Assembly: GCA_026770705.1 (NCBI GenBank)
Contig: JANJGN010000016.1
Span: forward strand, 87,854,001 to 87,918,000
DNA: 64,000 bases
Direction of reading: 5' to 3'
Origin: Isurus oxyrinchus
Lineage: Eukaryota
Shown: piece by piece, positions 35,471 to 47,571 of the stretch
Layout of the letters: the number at the start of each line of letters is the position of its first letter
Numbering within the stretch: the first letter of the stretch is position 1
Translations under genes and position numbers: made by a program
The notes under the pieces: model-generated
The model's input: only the letters and a program-made list of their open reading frames with translations
Told to the model about the DNA's origin: nothing
The model's database searches: none

Positions 35471-36710
35471 TCTGACATGTCTTCCTTCTTCCTTAACCAA
35501 GGTTTTCCACACACAGTGGTTGACAGGGCCCTCAACCGTGTCCGGCCCATCTCCTGCACATCTGCCCTCACGCCTTCACCTCCCTCCCAGAAACATGATA
35601 GGGTCCACCTTGTCCACACTTATCACCCCACCAGCCTCCGCATTCAAAGGATCATCCTCCGCAATTTCCACCAACTCCAGCACCTAACACATCTTCCCTT
35701 CACCCCCCCCACCATGGCGGCATTCCGTAGGGATCATTCCCCCTGGGACACCCTGGTCCACTTTTCCATCACCCCCAACACCTCAATCCCCCCACACGGC
35801 ACCTTCTCATGTAACCACAGAAAGTGCAACACCTGCCCCTTTACTTCCCCCCTCCTCACTGTCCAAGGGCCCAAACATTCCTTTCAAGTGAAGCACATTT
35901 CACTTGCACTTCCCTCAATTTGGTCTCCTGCATTCGCTGCTCCCAATGCGGTCTCCTCTACATTGGAGAGACCAAACGCAGACTGGGTGACCACTTTGCA
36001 GAACACCTTCAGTCTGTCAGCAGACATGACCCAGACCTCCCTGTCGCTTGCCATTTCAATGCACCACCCTGCTCTCATGTCCACATGTCCATCCTTGGCC
36101 TGCTGCAATGTTCCAGTGACGCTCATTGCAAACTGGAGGAACAGCACCTCATCTTCCGACCAGGCACTTTACAGCCTTTCGGACTGAATATTGAGTTCAA
36201 CAATTTCAGATCATGAACTCTCTCCTCCATCCCCGCCCCCTTTCCGACCCCCCTTTTTCCAATAATTTATAATTTAAAAAAGTTTATATTTTTCTTTTCC
36301 CACCTATTTTTAAATTTATTTCGATCTATTGTTTTATCTCCACCTTTGAGCCCATTTCCATCCCCTCCCCACACCCCACCCCCACTAGGGCCATCTGCCA
36401 CTAGCTTGTCCTGCTTGCTACTCTTAATGTCCCCATTAGCACATTCCTTAGGTAATAACACCAACATCAACCCCCCTTTGTCCTTTTGTCTATGACATCT
36501 TTGGCAATCTCTTCTTTGCCTCCGCCTATCACTGGCCCCCTATCCAGCTCTACCTGTGCCCCCCACCCCCCTCTACCAGCTTATATTTCACCTCATTTCT
36601 CTATTTCGTTAGCTCTGATGAAGAGTCATGTGGACTTGAAACATTAACTGTATTCCTCTCTGCAGATGCTGTCAGACCTGCTGAGTTTTTCCAGGTATTT
36701 ATGTTTTTGT
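35470..36710 (+). mobile_element. Penelope-like retroelement, 3' part (RT C-terminus, Cys linker, GIY-YIG endonuclease, 3' tail)
   Basis: Frameshifted FFLNQGFP..., CNHRKCNTC linker, and NLVSCIRCSQCGLLYIGETKRRLGDHFAEH...EQHLIFRPGTLQPFGLN, a GIY-YIG endonuclease. Confidence 0.9.
36608..36652 (+). ncRNA. Degenerate minimal hammerhead ribozyme of the Penelope-like element
   Basis: CTGATGA (36615-36621), then stem II GAGTC/atgtg/GACTT, then GAAAC, located in the PLE 3' tail. Stems I and III are mismatched. Confidence 0.65.
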
Positions 36711-36779
36711 CCCTTGTGTCTTAACTGGCCTATAATTTCTATGCCTTCGTGACTCACTTGCTCTCTCTTCGAAATTTGG

Positions 36780-37040
36780 CTGTGCATCTCCCCTTGCTGA
36801 ATCTAATCTCAGGATCCCAACCCCCTGCCAAGTTAGTTTAAACTCTCCCCAACAGCACTAGCAAAACCCCCGCAAGGATGTTGGACCCATTTCGGTTCAG
36901 GTGCAACCCATCCACCTTGTTACAGGTCCCATCGCCCCAGAAACCGTCCCAATGTCCCATAAATCTAAAACCCTCCCTCCTGCTCCACCTCTCCATCCAC
37001 ACGTTCATCTGGACTAACCTCCTATTTCTATACTCACCTG
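36780..37040 (-). mobile_element. CR1 ORF1 SGNH esterase-like fragment
   Basis: MNVWMERWSRREGFRFMGHWDGFW...DGLHLNRNGSNILAG; DGLHLN is the esterase block motif. Confidence 0.85.
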
Positions 37041-37043
37041 CGC

Positions 37044-40000
37044 TGTAGAGTGTCAAGTAAGTGTGCGAGGGTGTAGAGTGTCAAGTAAGTGGGTGAGTGG
37101 ATAGAGTGTCAGGTAAATGGGTGAGGGGGTAAAGTGTCAAGTAGGTGGGTGAGAGGGTAGAGTGTCAGGTAAGTTTGTGAGGGGGTAGAGTGTCAAGTAA
37201 GTGGGTGAGGGGGTAGAGTGTCAGGTAAGTGGGTGAGTGGGTAAAGTGTCAGGTAAGTGGGTGAGGGGGTAGAGTGGCAGGTAAGTGGGTGAAGGGACAG
37301 AGTGTCAGGTAAGTGGATGAGGGGGTGAAATGTTAAGCAAGTGGGTGAAGGGGCAGAGTGTCAGGTAATTGGGCGAGGGGGTAGAGTCCCAGGGAAGTGG
37401 GCGAGGGGTTAGAGTGTCAGGTGGGTGGGGGAGGGGGTAGAATGTAAGGTGGGTGGGTGCGGGGGTAGTGTATCTAGCAAGTGGGTGACGGTGTAGCAGG
37501 ACAGGCAACTGGGTGGGGGGGTAGTATGTCAGGCAAGTGGGTGAGGGGGTAGATTGTCAGGAACGAAGGTGAGGGTGTACTGTGTCAGGTAAGCTGCTGA
37601 GGGGGTAGAGTGTCAGGCAAGTGGGCGAGGGGGTAGATTATCAGGTAAGTGGGTGAGGGGGTAGATTATCAGGTAAGTGGGTGAGGGGGTATATGTCAAG
37701 TACATTTATGAGGAAGTAGTGTGTCAGGAAAGTGGGCGAGGGGGTAGATTATCAGGTAAGTGGGTGAGGGGGTAGAATGTCAGGCAAATGGATGAGGCAG
37801 TAGGGTGGCAGGAATGTGGATCAGGTGGTGGGGTGGCAGGCAAGTGGGAGAGGGGGCAGAGTGTCAGGACATTGGGTTAGGTTGTAGGGTGGCTGGCAAA
37901 TGGTTGAGAGGGTCGTGTGTCAGGTAAGTGTGTGAGGGGGTATGTTGACAGGTAAGTTTGTGATGGGGTAGTGTAGCAGGCAAGTGGGTGAATGGATCGA
38001 TTGTCAGGCAGATAGGTGAGGGGGTAGATTTTCAGGTAAGTGGGTGATAGGGTCGGGTGACAGGAAAGTGTGTGACGGGGTAGTGTGTCTCGATAAGTAT
38101 GCGAGGGTGTAGGGCGGCATGAATGTGGGTGAGGGGGTAGAGTGTCAAGTAAGTGGTGAGGGATTAGAGTGTCAGGCAAGTGAGCAAGGGGGTAGAGAGT
38201 CAGACAAGTGGGAGGGAGGGATGAGTGTCAGGTAAGTGGGCAAGGGGGTAGAGTTTCAGGCAAGTGGGTAAGTGGGTAATGTTCAGGGAAGTGTGTGAAG
38301 GAGTAGCGTGTCAGGTTAGGGAGTGACGGGCTAGTGTGTCAGGTAAGTGGGTGAGGCGATAGGATGGCAGGCAAGTGGGTGAGGGGTTAAAGTTTCAGGA
38401 AAGTGGGTGAGGGTGTAGGGTGGGTGACAAGTGGTTGAGTGGGTAGGGTGTCAGGCAAGAGGGGGAGGGGGGTAGAGTGTCAGGCAAGTGGTGAAGGGGT
38501 TAGAGTTTCAGGTAAGTGGGTGAGGGGGTAGTGAGTTAGGTAAGTGGATGAGTGGGGAGGGTGTCAGGTAATTGGGTGAGCGGGTAGTGTGTCAGGAAAT
38601 TGGGTGAGTGGGTAAGGTGACAGGTGAGTTAGCCAGGGGGTGGGGTGGCAGGCAAGTGGCTGAGTAGGTAGAGTGTAAAGCAAGTGGGCGAGGGGTTAGA
38701 TTGTCAGGTAAGTGGGTGAGGAGGTAAAGTGTAAGTTTAATAAGTGAGTTGTTAGTGTGTCAGGTAAGTGGTTGAAGTGGTAGAGTGTCAGGTAAGAGGA
38801 TGAGGGGGTAGAGTATCAGGTATGTGGGTGATGGGTAGGGTGACAGGCCATTGGGTGATGGGGTAGATTGTCAGGCAAGTGGATGAGGTAGTAGGGTGGC
38901 AGGAAAGTGGGTGAGGTGGTAGAGTGTCAGCTAAGAGAATGAGGGTGTAGAGTATCAGGTACATGGGTGAGGGGGTAGAGTGACAGGCAAGTGGCGAGGG
39001 GGTAAATTGTCAGATAAGTGGGTGAGGGTGTAGAGTGTCAGCTAAGAGAATGAGGGTGTAGAGTATCAGGTACATGGCTGAGGGGGTAGAGTGTCAGGCA
39101 AGTGGGCGATGGGGTAAATTGTCAGATAAGTGGGTGAGGGGGTAGATTGTCAGGTAGATGGGTGATAGGTAGGGTGGCAGGCCATTGGGGGAGGGGGTAG
39201 AATGTCAGGCAAGTGGATGAGGCAGTAGGGGACAGGAAAGTGGATGAGGGGGTTGGGTGGCAGGCAAGTGGATTGGGGGCATAGGGTGGCAGGCAAGTGG
39301 CAGAGGGGTAGAGTGTCAGGAAATTGTGTTAGGTTGTACGGTGGCTGGCAAGTTGTTGAGGGGGTAGGGTGGCATTCAAATGGGTGAGGGGGTTGAGTGT
39401 CCGGTAATTGGTTGAGAGGTTAAGAGTCAGACAATTGGGTGATTGGGTAGAGTGCCAGGTGGGTGGTTGAGGGGGTAGGGCGACAGGAAAATTGGTGAGG
39501 GGGTAGAATGTCAGGCAAGTATGTGAGGAGATAGAGTATCAGGTAAGTGGGTGAGGCAAAAGGGTGGCAGGCAAGTGGGCAAGGGGTAGGGTGTCAGGTA
39601 CTTGGGTGAGGGGCATGGTATCAGGTAAGTGGGTGAGGGGGTAGGGTGCCAGGTACTTGGGTAAGGGGCATGCTGTCAGGTAAGTGGGTGAGGGGGTAGG
39701 GTGCCAGGTACTTGGGTGAGGGGCATGGTGTCAGGTAAGTGCGTGAGAGGGTTCAGTGGAAGGCAAGTGGAATAGGGGATAGAGTGTCAGGTAAGTGGTT
39801 GAGGGGGTAGGGTGGCAGGCAAGTGGGTCAGGGGGAATTATGGCAGGCAAGTGTGGGAGGGGGTAGTGTGTCAGGTAGGTGGGTGAGAGGGGAGGGTGAC
39901 AGGCAATTTGGTGAGTGGGTAGTGTGTCAGGTAATTGGGTGAGTGTGGAGAGTGTCAGGTAAATGGGTGAGGGTTAGGTTGGCAAGCAGGTTGTTTAGGG

Positions 40001-43000
40001 GGTGGGGTGGCAGGCGAGTGGGTGAGGGGGTAGAGTAGAGTGTCAGATAGGAGGGTGAGGCCGTAGCATGACAGACAAGTCTGTGAGGGTGTAGCATGAC
40101 AGGCAAGTGGGTGAGAGGGTAGGATGGCAGGCAAGTGGGTGAGGGGGTAGTGTGACAGGTAAGTGGGTGAGGTGATAGGGTGGCAGTCAAGTGGGTGAGG
40201 GGTTAGAATGCCTGGCAAATGGTTGAGGGGTTAGTGTAGCAGGCAAGTGAGTGAGGGGGTAGGGTGGCAGTCAAGTGGGTAAGGGGGTAGGTTGGCAGGC
40301 AAGTAGATGAGGGGGTAGAGTGTCAGGAAATTATGTGAGGGTATAGAGTGGGTGGCAAGTGGTTGAGAGGGTAGGGAGTCAGGCAATTGGTTTACTGGGT
40401 AGTGTGTCAGGTAATGGGTGAGAGGCAGAGTAACAGGTAAGTCTGTGAGGGGATAGATTGTCAGGTAAGTGGATGAGGGGTTAGGGTGGCACACAAGTGG
40501 GTGAGGGGGTTGAGAGTCAGGTAAGTGGTTGAGCGGTTAAGAGTCAGGCAATTGGGCGAGTGGGTAGAGTGCCAGGTGGGTGGTTGAGTGGGTAGAGTGT
40601 CAGGTAGGTGGATGCGGGGGTAGGGCGACAGGAAATTGGGTGAGGGGCTAGAGTGTCAGGTAAGTATGTGAGGTTATAGAGTATCAGGTAAGTGGGTGAG
40701 GGGTAGGGTGTCATGTAGTTGGGTGAGGGGCATGGTGACAGGTAAGTGGGTGAGAGGGTTCAGTGTAAGGCAAATGGGATAGAGAATAGAATGTCAGGTA
40801 AGTGGGTGAGGGGTTAGGGTGGCAGGCAAGTGGGTGAGGGGCTTGAGTTTCAGGTAAGTGGGTGAGGAGTTAGGGTGGCAGGCAAGAGAGTCCGGGGTGG
40901 CTGGCAAGTGGGAGAGGGGGTAATGTGTCAGGTAAGTGGGTGAGTTGGTATAGCGTCAGGTAAGTGCATGAGGGGTTAGTGGGTTAGGTAAGTGGATGAG
41001 AGGGGAGGGTGACAGACAGCTTGGTGAGGGGATAGAATGTCAGGTAATTGGGTGAGGGGGTAGAGTGTCAGGTAAATGGGTCAGGGTTAGGTTGGCAGGC
41101 AGGTTGGTGAGGGGGTGGGTTGGCACGCAAGTGGGTGAGGGGTAGAGTGTCAGATAGGTAGGTGAGGGTGTAGTGTGGCAGGCATGTGGGCAAGGGGATA
41201 GAGTGGTGTTAAGTGGATGAGGGAGTAGAGTGGCATGTAAGTGGATGGGGGTTTGGGTGTCAGGTAATTGGGTGAGGGGGTGGAGTGTCAGGTAAATGGG
41301 TCAGGGTTAGGTTGGCAGGCAGGTTGGTCAGGGGGTGGGGTGGCAGGAAAATGGGTGAGCGGGTAGCATAGCAGGCAAGTGGGTGAGGAGATAGGGTGGC
41401 AGGCAAGTGGGTGAGGGATAAGGCGTCAGGCAAATGAGAGGTGGTAGGGTGTCAGAAAGGTAGGTGAGGGGCTTGCAGGTCAGGTAAGTGGGTGAGGAGA
41501 TTGGGTGGCAGGCAAGTGGGTCAGGGGGAATTATGGCAGGCAAATAGGGGAGGGGCTAGTGTGTCAGGTAGGTGGGTGAGAGGGGAGGGTGACAGGCAAG
41601 TTGGTGAGTGGTTAGTGTGTCAGGTAATGGGGTGAGTGGGTGGAGTGTCAGGTAAATGGGTCAGGGTTAGGTTGTCAGGCAGGTTGGTGAGGGGTGGGGT
41701 GACAGGCAAGTGGGTGAGTGTGTAGAGTAGAGTGTCAGATAGGTGGGTGAGGCCGTAGCATGACAGGCAAGGGGGTGAGGGGGTAGGGTAACAGGAAAAT
41801 GAGTGAGTGGGTAGAGTTTCAGGAAACTGGGTGATGGTGTAGCGTGACAGGCAAGTGTGTGAGTGTGTAGAGTAGAGTGTCAGATAGGTGGGTGATGGCA
41901 TAGTGTGACAGGCAAGTGGGTGAGGTGGTAGTGCGTCAGGTAAGTGGGTGAGGCGATCGGGTGGCAGACAAGTGGGTTAGGGGTTAGAATGGCAGGCAAA
42001 TGGGTGATGAGGTAGTGTAGCAGGCAAGTGAGTGAGAGGGTAGGGTTGCAGTCAAGTGGATGAGGGGGTAGAGTGTCAGGAAATTGGGTGAGGGTGTAGG
42101 GTAGGTGGCAATTGGTGAAAGGGTAGTGTGTCAGGAAAGTTGATGGGTTACTGTGTCAGGTAAATGTGTGACGGGTAGGGTGGCAGGCATATGGGTGAGG
42201 GGGTTGAGTGTCAGGTAAGTGGGTGAGGGGATGGGGTGGCATGCTACTGGATGAGGGGGTTGATTGTCAGGTAAGTGGGTGATGGGGTAGAGTGTCAGGT
42301 AAGTGTGTGAGTGTGTGGAGTATCAGGCAAGTGGGTGAGCGGTTAGTGTGTCAGGCTATTGGGCGAGGGGGCAGAGTGTCAGTAAGTGGGTGAGGGGGCA
42401 GAGTGTCAGTAAGTGGGTGAGGGGATAGGGTGGCAGGTGAGGCGGTGGTGTGGTAGGGTGTCACATAAATGGGTATGGATTAGGGTGGCAGGCGAAAGGG
42501 TCGGGTGTCAGGCAAGTGGGCAAAGGGGTAGATTGTCAGGAACTAATATGATGGGTACTGGGTCATGTAAGTGGGTGAGGGTGGCAGGCGAGGGTGTTGA
42601 GTGTCAGGCAAGTGGGTGAGGTGGTAGGTTGGCTGGCAAGTGTGTGAGCGGGTAGGGTGCCAGTTAAGTGTGTGAGAGGGTAGGGTGCCATTTAAGTGTG
42701 TGAGCGGGTAGGGTGCCATTTAAGTGTGTGAGAGGGTAGGGTGGCTGGTAAGTTGGCCCGGGGGTAGGGTGGCAGGCAGGTGGGTGAGTGGGTAGAGTGG
42801 CAGGAAAGAGGATGAGGGGTCAGAGTGGCAGTGAAGTGGGTGAGGGGGTAGTGTGACAGGCAAGTCGGCGAGGGGATACAATGGTGGGTAAGTGGGTGAG
42901 GGGGTAGGGTGCCATGTAAATGTGTGAGAGGGTAGGGTGGTTGGTAAGTTGGCCAGGGGGTAGGGTGGCAGGCAAGTCGCTGAGTGGGTAGAGTGGCAGG

Positions 43001-45530
43001 TAAGTGGATGAGGGGTCAGAGTGGCATCAAGTGGGTGAGGGGATAGATTGTCAGATAGGTGGGTTAGTGGGTAGAGTGTCAAGCAGTTAGGTGAGTGGGT
43101 AGGGTGTCAGGTAAGTGGTAAAGAGAGTAGAGTATCTGGTAAGTGGGTGAGAGTTTTAGAGTGTCAGGTAAGTGGTGGAGAGAGTAGAGTATCTGGTAAG
43201 TGGGTGAGGGGATGGGGCATCAAGTGGGTGAGGGGGTAGATTGTCAGATAGGTGGGTTAGTGGGTAGAGGTCATGCATTTAGGTGAGGGGGTAGAGTGTC
43301 AGGTAAATGAGGGAGGCAGTAGGGTGGCAGGCACATGGGTGAGGGGTTAGATTGTCAGGGAAGTGGGTGAGGGGGTAGGGTGGCAGGTGAGTGGGCGAGA
43401 GGGTAGAGTGTCAGGTAAGTGGTAAAGAGAGTAGAGTATCTGGTATGTGGGTGAGGGAATGGGGCATCAAGTGGGTTAGGGGGTAGAGTGTCAGGTAAGT
43501 GGTAGAGAGAGTAGAGTATCTGGTAAGTGGGTGAGGGAATGGGGCATCAAGTGGGTGAGGGGGGTAGAGTGTCAGGTTTGTCCGCGAGGGAGTAGAGTGT
43601 CAGGTAAGTGGTGGAGAGAGTAGAGTATCTGGTATGTGGGTGAAGGGTTCAGAGTGCCAGTCAAGTGGGTGAGGGGAGAGTGTGTCAGGTTAGTGGGCGA
43701 GGGGGTAGAGTGTGTGGTAAATGAGTGAGGGAGTAGTGTGTAAAGGAAGTAGATGAGGGGGTAGAATGTCAGGTAGGTGGATGAGGGCGTGGAGCAGCAG
43801 GCAAGGGGGTGAGGGGGTAGAGTGTCAGGTAGGTGGACAAGGTGATAGAATGGTGGGTAAGTGGGTGAGGGGGTAGAGTGCCAGGTAAGTGGTGAGCGGT
43901 TAGGGTAGCAGGTAAGTTGGCCAGAGGGTAGGATGGCAGGCATGTGGGTTCATGGGTAGAGTGGCAGATAATTGGGTGAGGGGTTAGAGTATCAGTTTAG
44001 TGGGTGAGGGGTTAGAGTGTCAGTTTAGTGGGTGAGGGGTAGTGAGTCAGCTAAATGAGTGAGGGAATAGAATGGCAGTTAAGTGGGTGAGGGGGTGGAG
44101 TGTCACGAAAGTGGGTGAGGGTGTAGGGTGGCTGACAAGTGTTTGAGGGGTAGGGTGGAAGGTAAGTGGTTGAGGGGGTATTGTGTCAGGTAAGTGCTTG
44201 AGGGGGTACAGTATCAGGCAAGTGGGATAGAGGTTAGAGTGTCAGGGAAACGGATGAGCGATTAGGGTGGCAGGTTAGTGGGTGATGGGGTAAGGTGGCA
44301 GGCAAGAGGGTGAAGGGGGAAGGTGGCAGGCAAGAGGGTGAGGTGGTATTGTGGCAGTTAAGTGAGTAAGTGGGTAGGTTGTCAGGCAAGTAGGTGAGGG
44401 GGTAGTGGGTCACTACCTGGGTGAGGGAGGAGGGTTTCAGGCAAGTGGGTGAGGGGGTTGAGTGCCAGGTAAGTGGGTGAGGGGGTGGGGTGGCAGGCAA
44501 GTGGGTAAGGGGGTAGGGTGCCAGGTACTTGGGTGAGGGGCATGGTGTCAGGTAAGTGGGTGAGAGGGTTCAGTGTAAGGCAAGTGGGATAGGGGATAGA
44601 GTGTCAGGTAAGTGGGTGAGGGGATAGGGTGGCAGGCAAGTGGGTCAGGGGGAATTATGGCAGGCAAATAGGGGAGGGGCTAGTGTGTCAGGTAGGTGGG
44701 TGAGAGGGGAGGGTGACAGGCAAGTTGGTGAGTGGTTAGTGTGTCAGGTAATGGGGTGAGTGGGTGGAGTGTCAGGTAAATGGGTCAGGGTTAGGTTGGC
44801 AGGCAGGTTGGTGAGGGGTGGGGTGGCAGGCAAGTGGGTGAGTGTGTAGAGTCGAGTGTCAGATAGGTTGATGAGGCCGTAGCATGACAGGCAAGGTGGT
44901 GAGGGGGTAGGGTGGCAGGAAAATGGGTGAGTGGGTAGAATGTCAGGGAACTTGGTGATGGTGTAGCGTAACAGGCAAGTGGGTGAGGTGGTAGTGCGTC
45001 AGGTAAGTGGATGAGAGGGTAGAGTGTCAGGAAATTGGGTGAGGTTGTAGGGTGGCTGGCAAGTGGTTGAGAGGGTAGTGTGTCAGGAAAGTGGTTAATG
45101 GGGTAGTGTGTCAGGTAAGTGTGTGACGGGCAAGGTATCAGGTAAGTGCGTGAGGGGATAGAGTGTCAGGTAAGTGGCTGAGGGGGTAGGGTGGCATGCT
45201 AGTGGGTGAGAGGGTTGAGTGTCAGGTAAGTGGGTGAGGGGATAGAGTGTCAGGTAAGTGGGTGAGGGGGTAGGGTGGCATGCTAGTGGATGAGGGGGTT
45301 GAGTGTCAGGGAAGTGGGTGAGGGGGTAGGGTGGCATGCTAGTGGGTGAGGGGGTAGGGTGTCAGGCAAGTGGGTAAGGGGATAGAGTGGTAGGTATGTG
45401 GGCGAGAGGATAGGGTGGCAGGTGGGGGGGTGAGTGGATAGGGTGTCAGGCAGGTGGGCTGGGGGTAGAGCATCAGGTAATTGGGCAAGTGGTTAGGGTG
45501 GCAGGTGGGCGGTGAGTGGATAGGGTGGGT
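37044..45530. repeat. G-rich satellite array B, ~28-bp unit GAGGGGGTAGAGTGTCAGGTAAGTGGGT (~300 units estimated from length)
   Basis: Continuous degenerate tandem copies; plus strand is G-rich. Confidence 0.96.
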
Positions 45531-45996
45531 CAGGGCTGGGGTGTTGTTCTTGTATTTGGATGGTTCTTGGCTGCTTGGGGGGCTATTGGGGAGGTAGGGG
45601 GGAATCTGGAGGGGCATTCGGGCTGATGCTCAGGTCGGGTGTCATTGGGGACCAGGGGTGTTCATCAGGTCAGGTGGGTAGCGGAGGGGGTTGTCCTGGG
45701 TATATTTGGGTGTTGGGGGTTTTAGTCGTCTAGTTACCCAGGAGTTAGAACTGGTTTTAATCCTCCTAACGTTTCCCGGGTAACATTTCCAATCAGTAAG
45801 TTGGAATGATCGGAAGTCTCCGGGCTTTAAGTCAGAGTTTCAGAGGGATCCAGGCACAGGGTAATTTCCCATCGGAAGTTCAGACTTCCTGTATAATTCC
45901 CTTGTAATCAGTGTGTAGGGAATTCCGAGGGGTTCCCCAGTGCATCTTGGCCTGTGCCACCGGGCTACCGGAGATCGGAATTTCTGGGCCAATGGA

Positions 45997-47450
45997 TCAG
46001 ACGACCAAAAGCTTGGCCAAAGATGTTGACTTTAAGGAGTGACTTAAAGGAGGAAAGTGAGGGAGAGACGGGGAGAGGTGTAGGGAGGGAATTCCAGACA
46101 TGGGGCCCAGGCAGCTGAGGGCAGGGCCACCAACGGTGGAGCGATTCTGATTAGGAATCCACCAGAGGCCAGGATTAGAGGAGTGCAGATCTCTCGGAGG
46201 GTTGTAGGGCTGGAGGAGATTCCAGAGATAGGGAGGGGTGAGGTAATGGAGGGAATTGAAAACAAGGATGGGAATTGGAAAATCAGGATGTTGCTTGACC
46301 AGGAAACAATGTCGGTCAGTGAGCACAGGGGTGACAGGGGAACGGGACTCGCTGTGAGTTAGGACACGGGCAGCAGAGTTTTGGATGACCCCACGATTGC
46401 GGAGGGTAGAATGTGGGAGAGCAGCCAGGAGTGTATTGGAATAGTCACATCCAGAGGTAACCAAGGCATGGGTGAGGGCTTCAGCAGCTGATGAGCTGAG
46501 ACTGGGGTGAAGTCGAGCGATGTTATGGAGGTGGAAATAGGCAGTCTTAGTGATGTCACGAATATGAGGTCGGAAGCTCATTTCAGGGTCAGATGTGACC
46601 CCAAGGTTGTGAACAGACGGGTTTAATCTCAGACTGTAACCGGGGAGAGGGATGGAGTCAGGAGTTAGAGAACAGAGTTTGGAGTGGGGACTGAAAACAA
46701 TGGCTTCAGTCTTCCCAATATTTAATTGGAGGAATTCCTGTTCACTCAGTACAGGATGTGGGATAAGCAGTCTGATAATTTAGCAACAGTGGAGGAGTTG
46801 AGAGAGGTGGTGGTGAGGTAGAGCTGGGGGTCTTCAGTGTACATGTGAAAACTAACGCTATGCTTTCAGATGATGTGTCTGAGGGGCAGCATGTAGGTGA
46901 GAAATAGGAGGGGCCAAGGATCGATCTTTGGGGGACACCAGAGGGAACGGAGCAGGGACAGTTTTAGCAGATGAGAGGAGGAGCCGGGAGTGTTTGGAGC
47001 GTCCAGCCAGATCTTGCGGTGATGGATAAACCGGTTTCAAGTCTGCCTCCCTTGGATTGAGTGAGTGGAGATGAGGGTGGTAGCAGGGGGAAGGGCCAGG
47101 GTGAGGGAGAGGAATGGTTTTATTGGGGACTAGGATATGAAAGGTGGAGGTGAGGGTGAGGTTGTGTAAATCAGTAGCTGCAGAAATGTTGTGGTGATCG
47201 GAGGGCCAGAGACCAGATCGTTAGGATTGTGAAAGTGCAGTTGTAAGTGAATTGGGGAATAGGTTTTTCCAGGGATGGATACAGAAGGGGGTAGGGTTGG
47301 GCTGTGGAAGGGGGATGTGGGTGGGGAGTGATACAAGGAAGTGATCAGAGATGGTCTTATCTGTGATTGAAACTATGGGAGTAGCGAGACCACGTGAGAT
47401 GGGAAGGTCACGGGGAGGTCGTGAATATGGTTTGGGGAATTGTGGTTGTG
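45997..47450 (-). mobile_element. L2-clade LINE, internally deleted
   Basis: SFRPHIRDITKTAYFHLHNIARLHPSLSSSAAEALTHALVTSGCDYSNTLL...IQNSAARVLT is a typical L2 ORF2 C-terminal region. Further degraded ORF2 pieces extend to ~47450. Confidence 0.85.
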
Positions 47451-47571
47451 ATGACTTTATCCCAGCAATTATCAGTTTCTTTTGTGTTTTTAATCTTGTA
47501 AATTCAAGAGATTTGGGATAAAACTGATCATTTTAAAATGATTGATACTTGGCTTTGAACCAAATCTGCTG

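Noticed and set aside
1-45530. True class-switch (S) regions
   Set aside because: This is a light-chain locus, the arrays are 3' of C, the G-rich strand is the template strand for Ig-sense transcription, and AGCT/GAGCT motifs are scarce. Only a looser recombination hypothesis is retained.
37044-45530. Telomeric or interstitial telomeric repeat
   Set aside because: TTAGGG occurs only sporadically as a unit variant, never in tandem.
37305-45617. Short Pro/Leu/Thr/His ORFs in array B
   Set aside because: Translations of a 28-bp repeat; the frame shifts with every unit.
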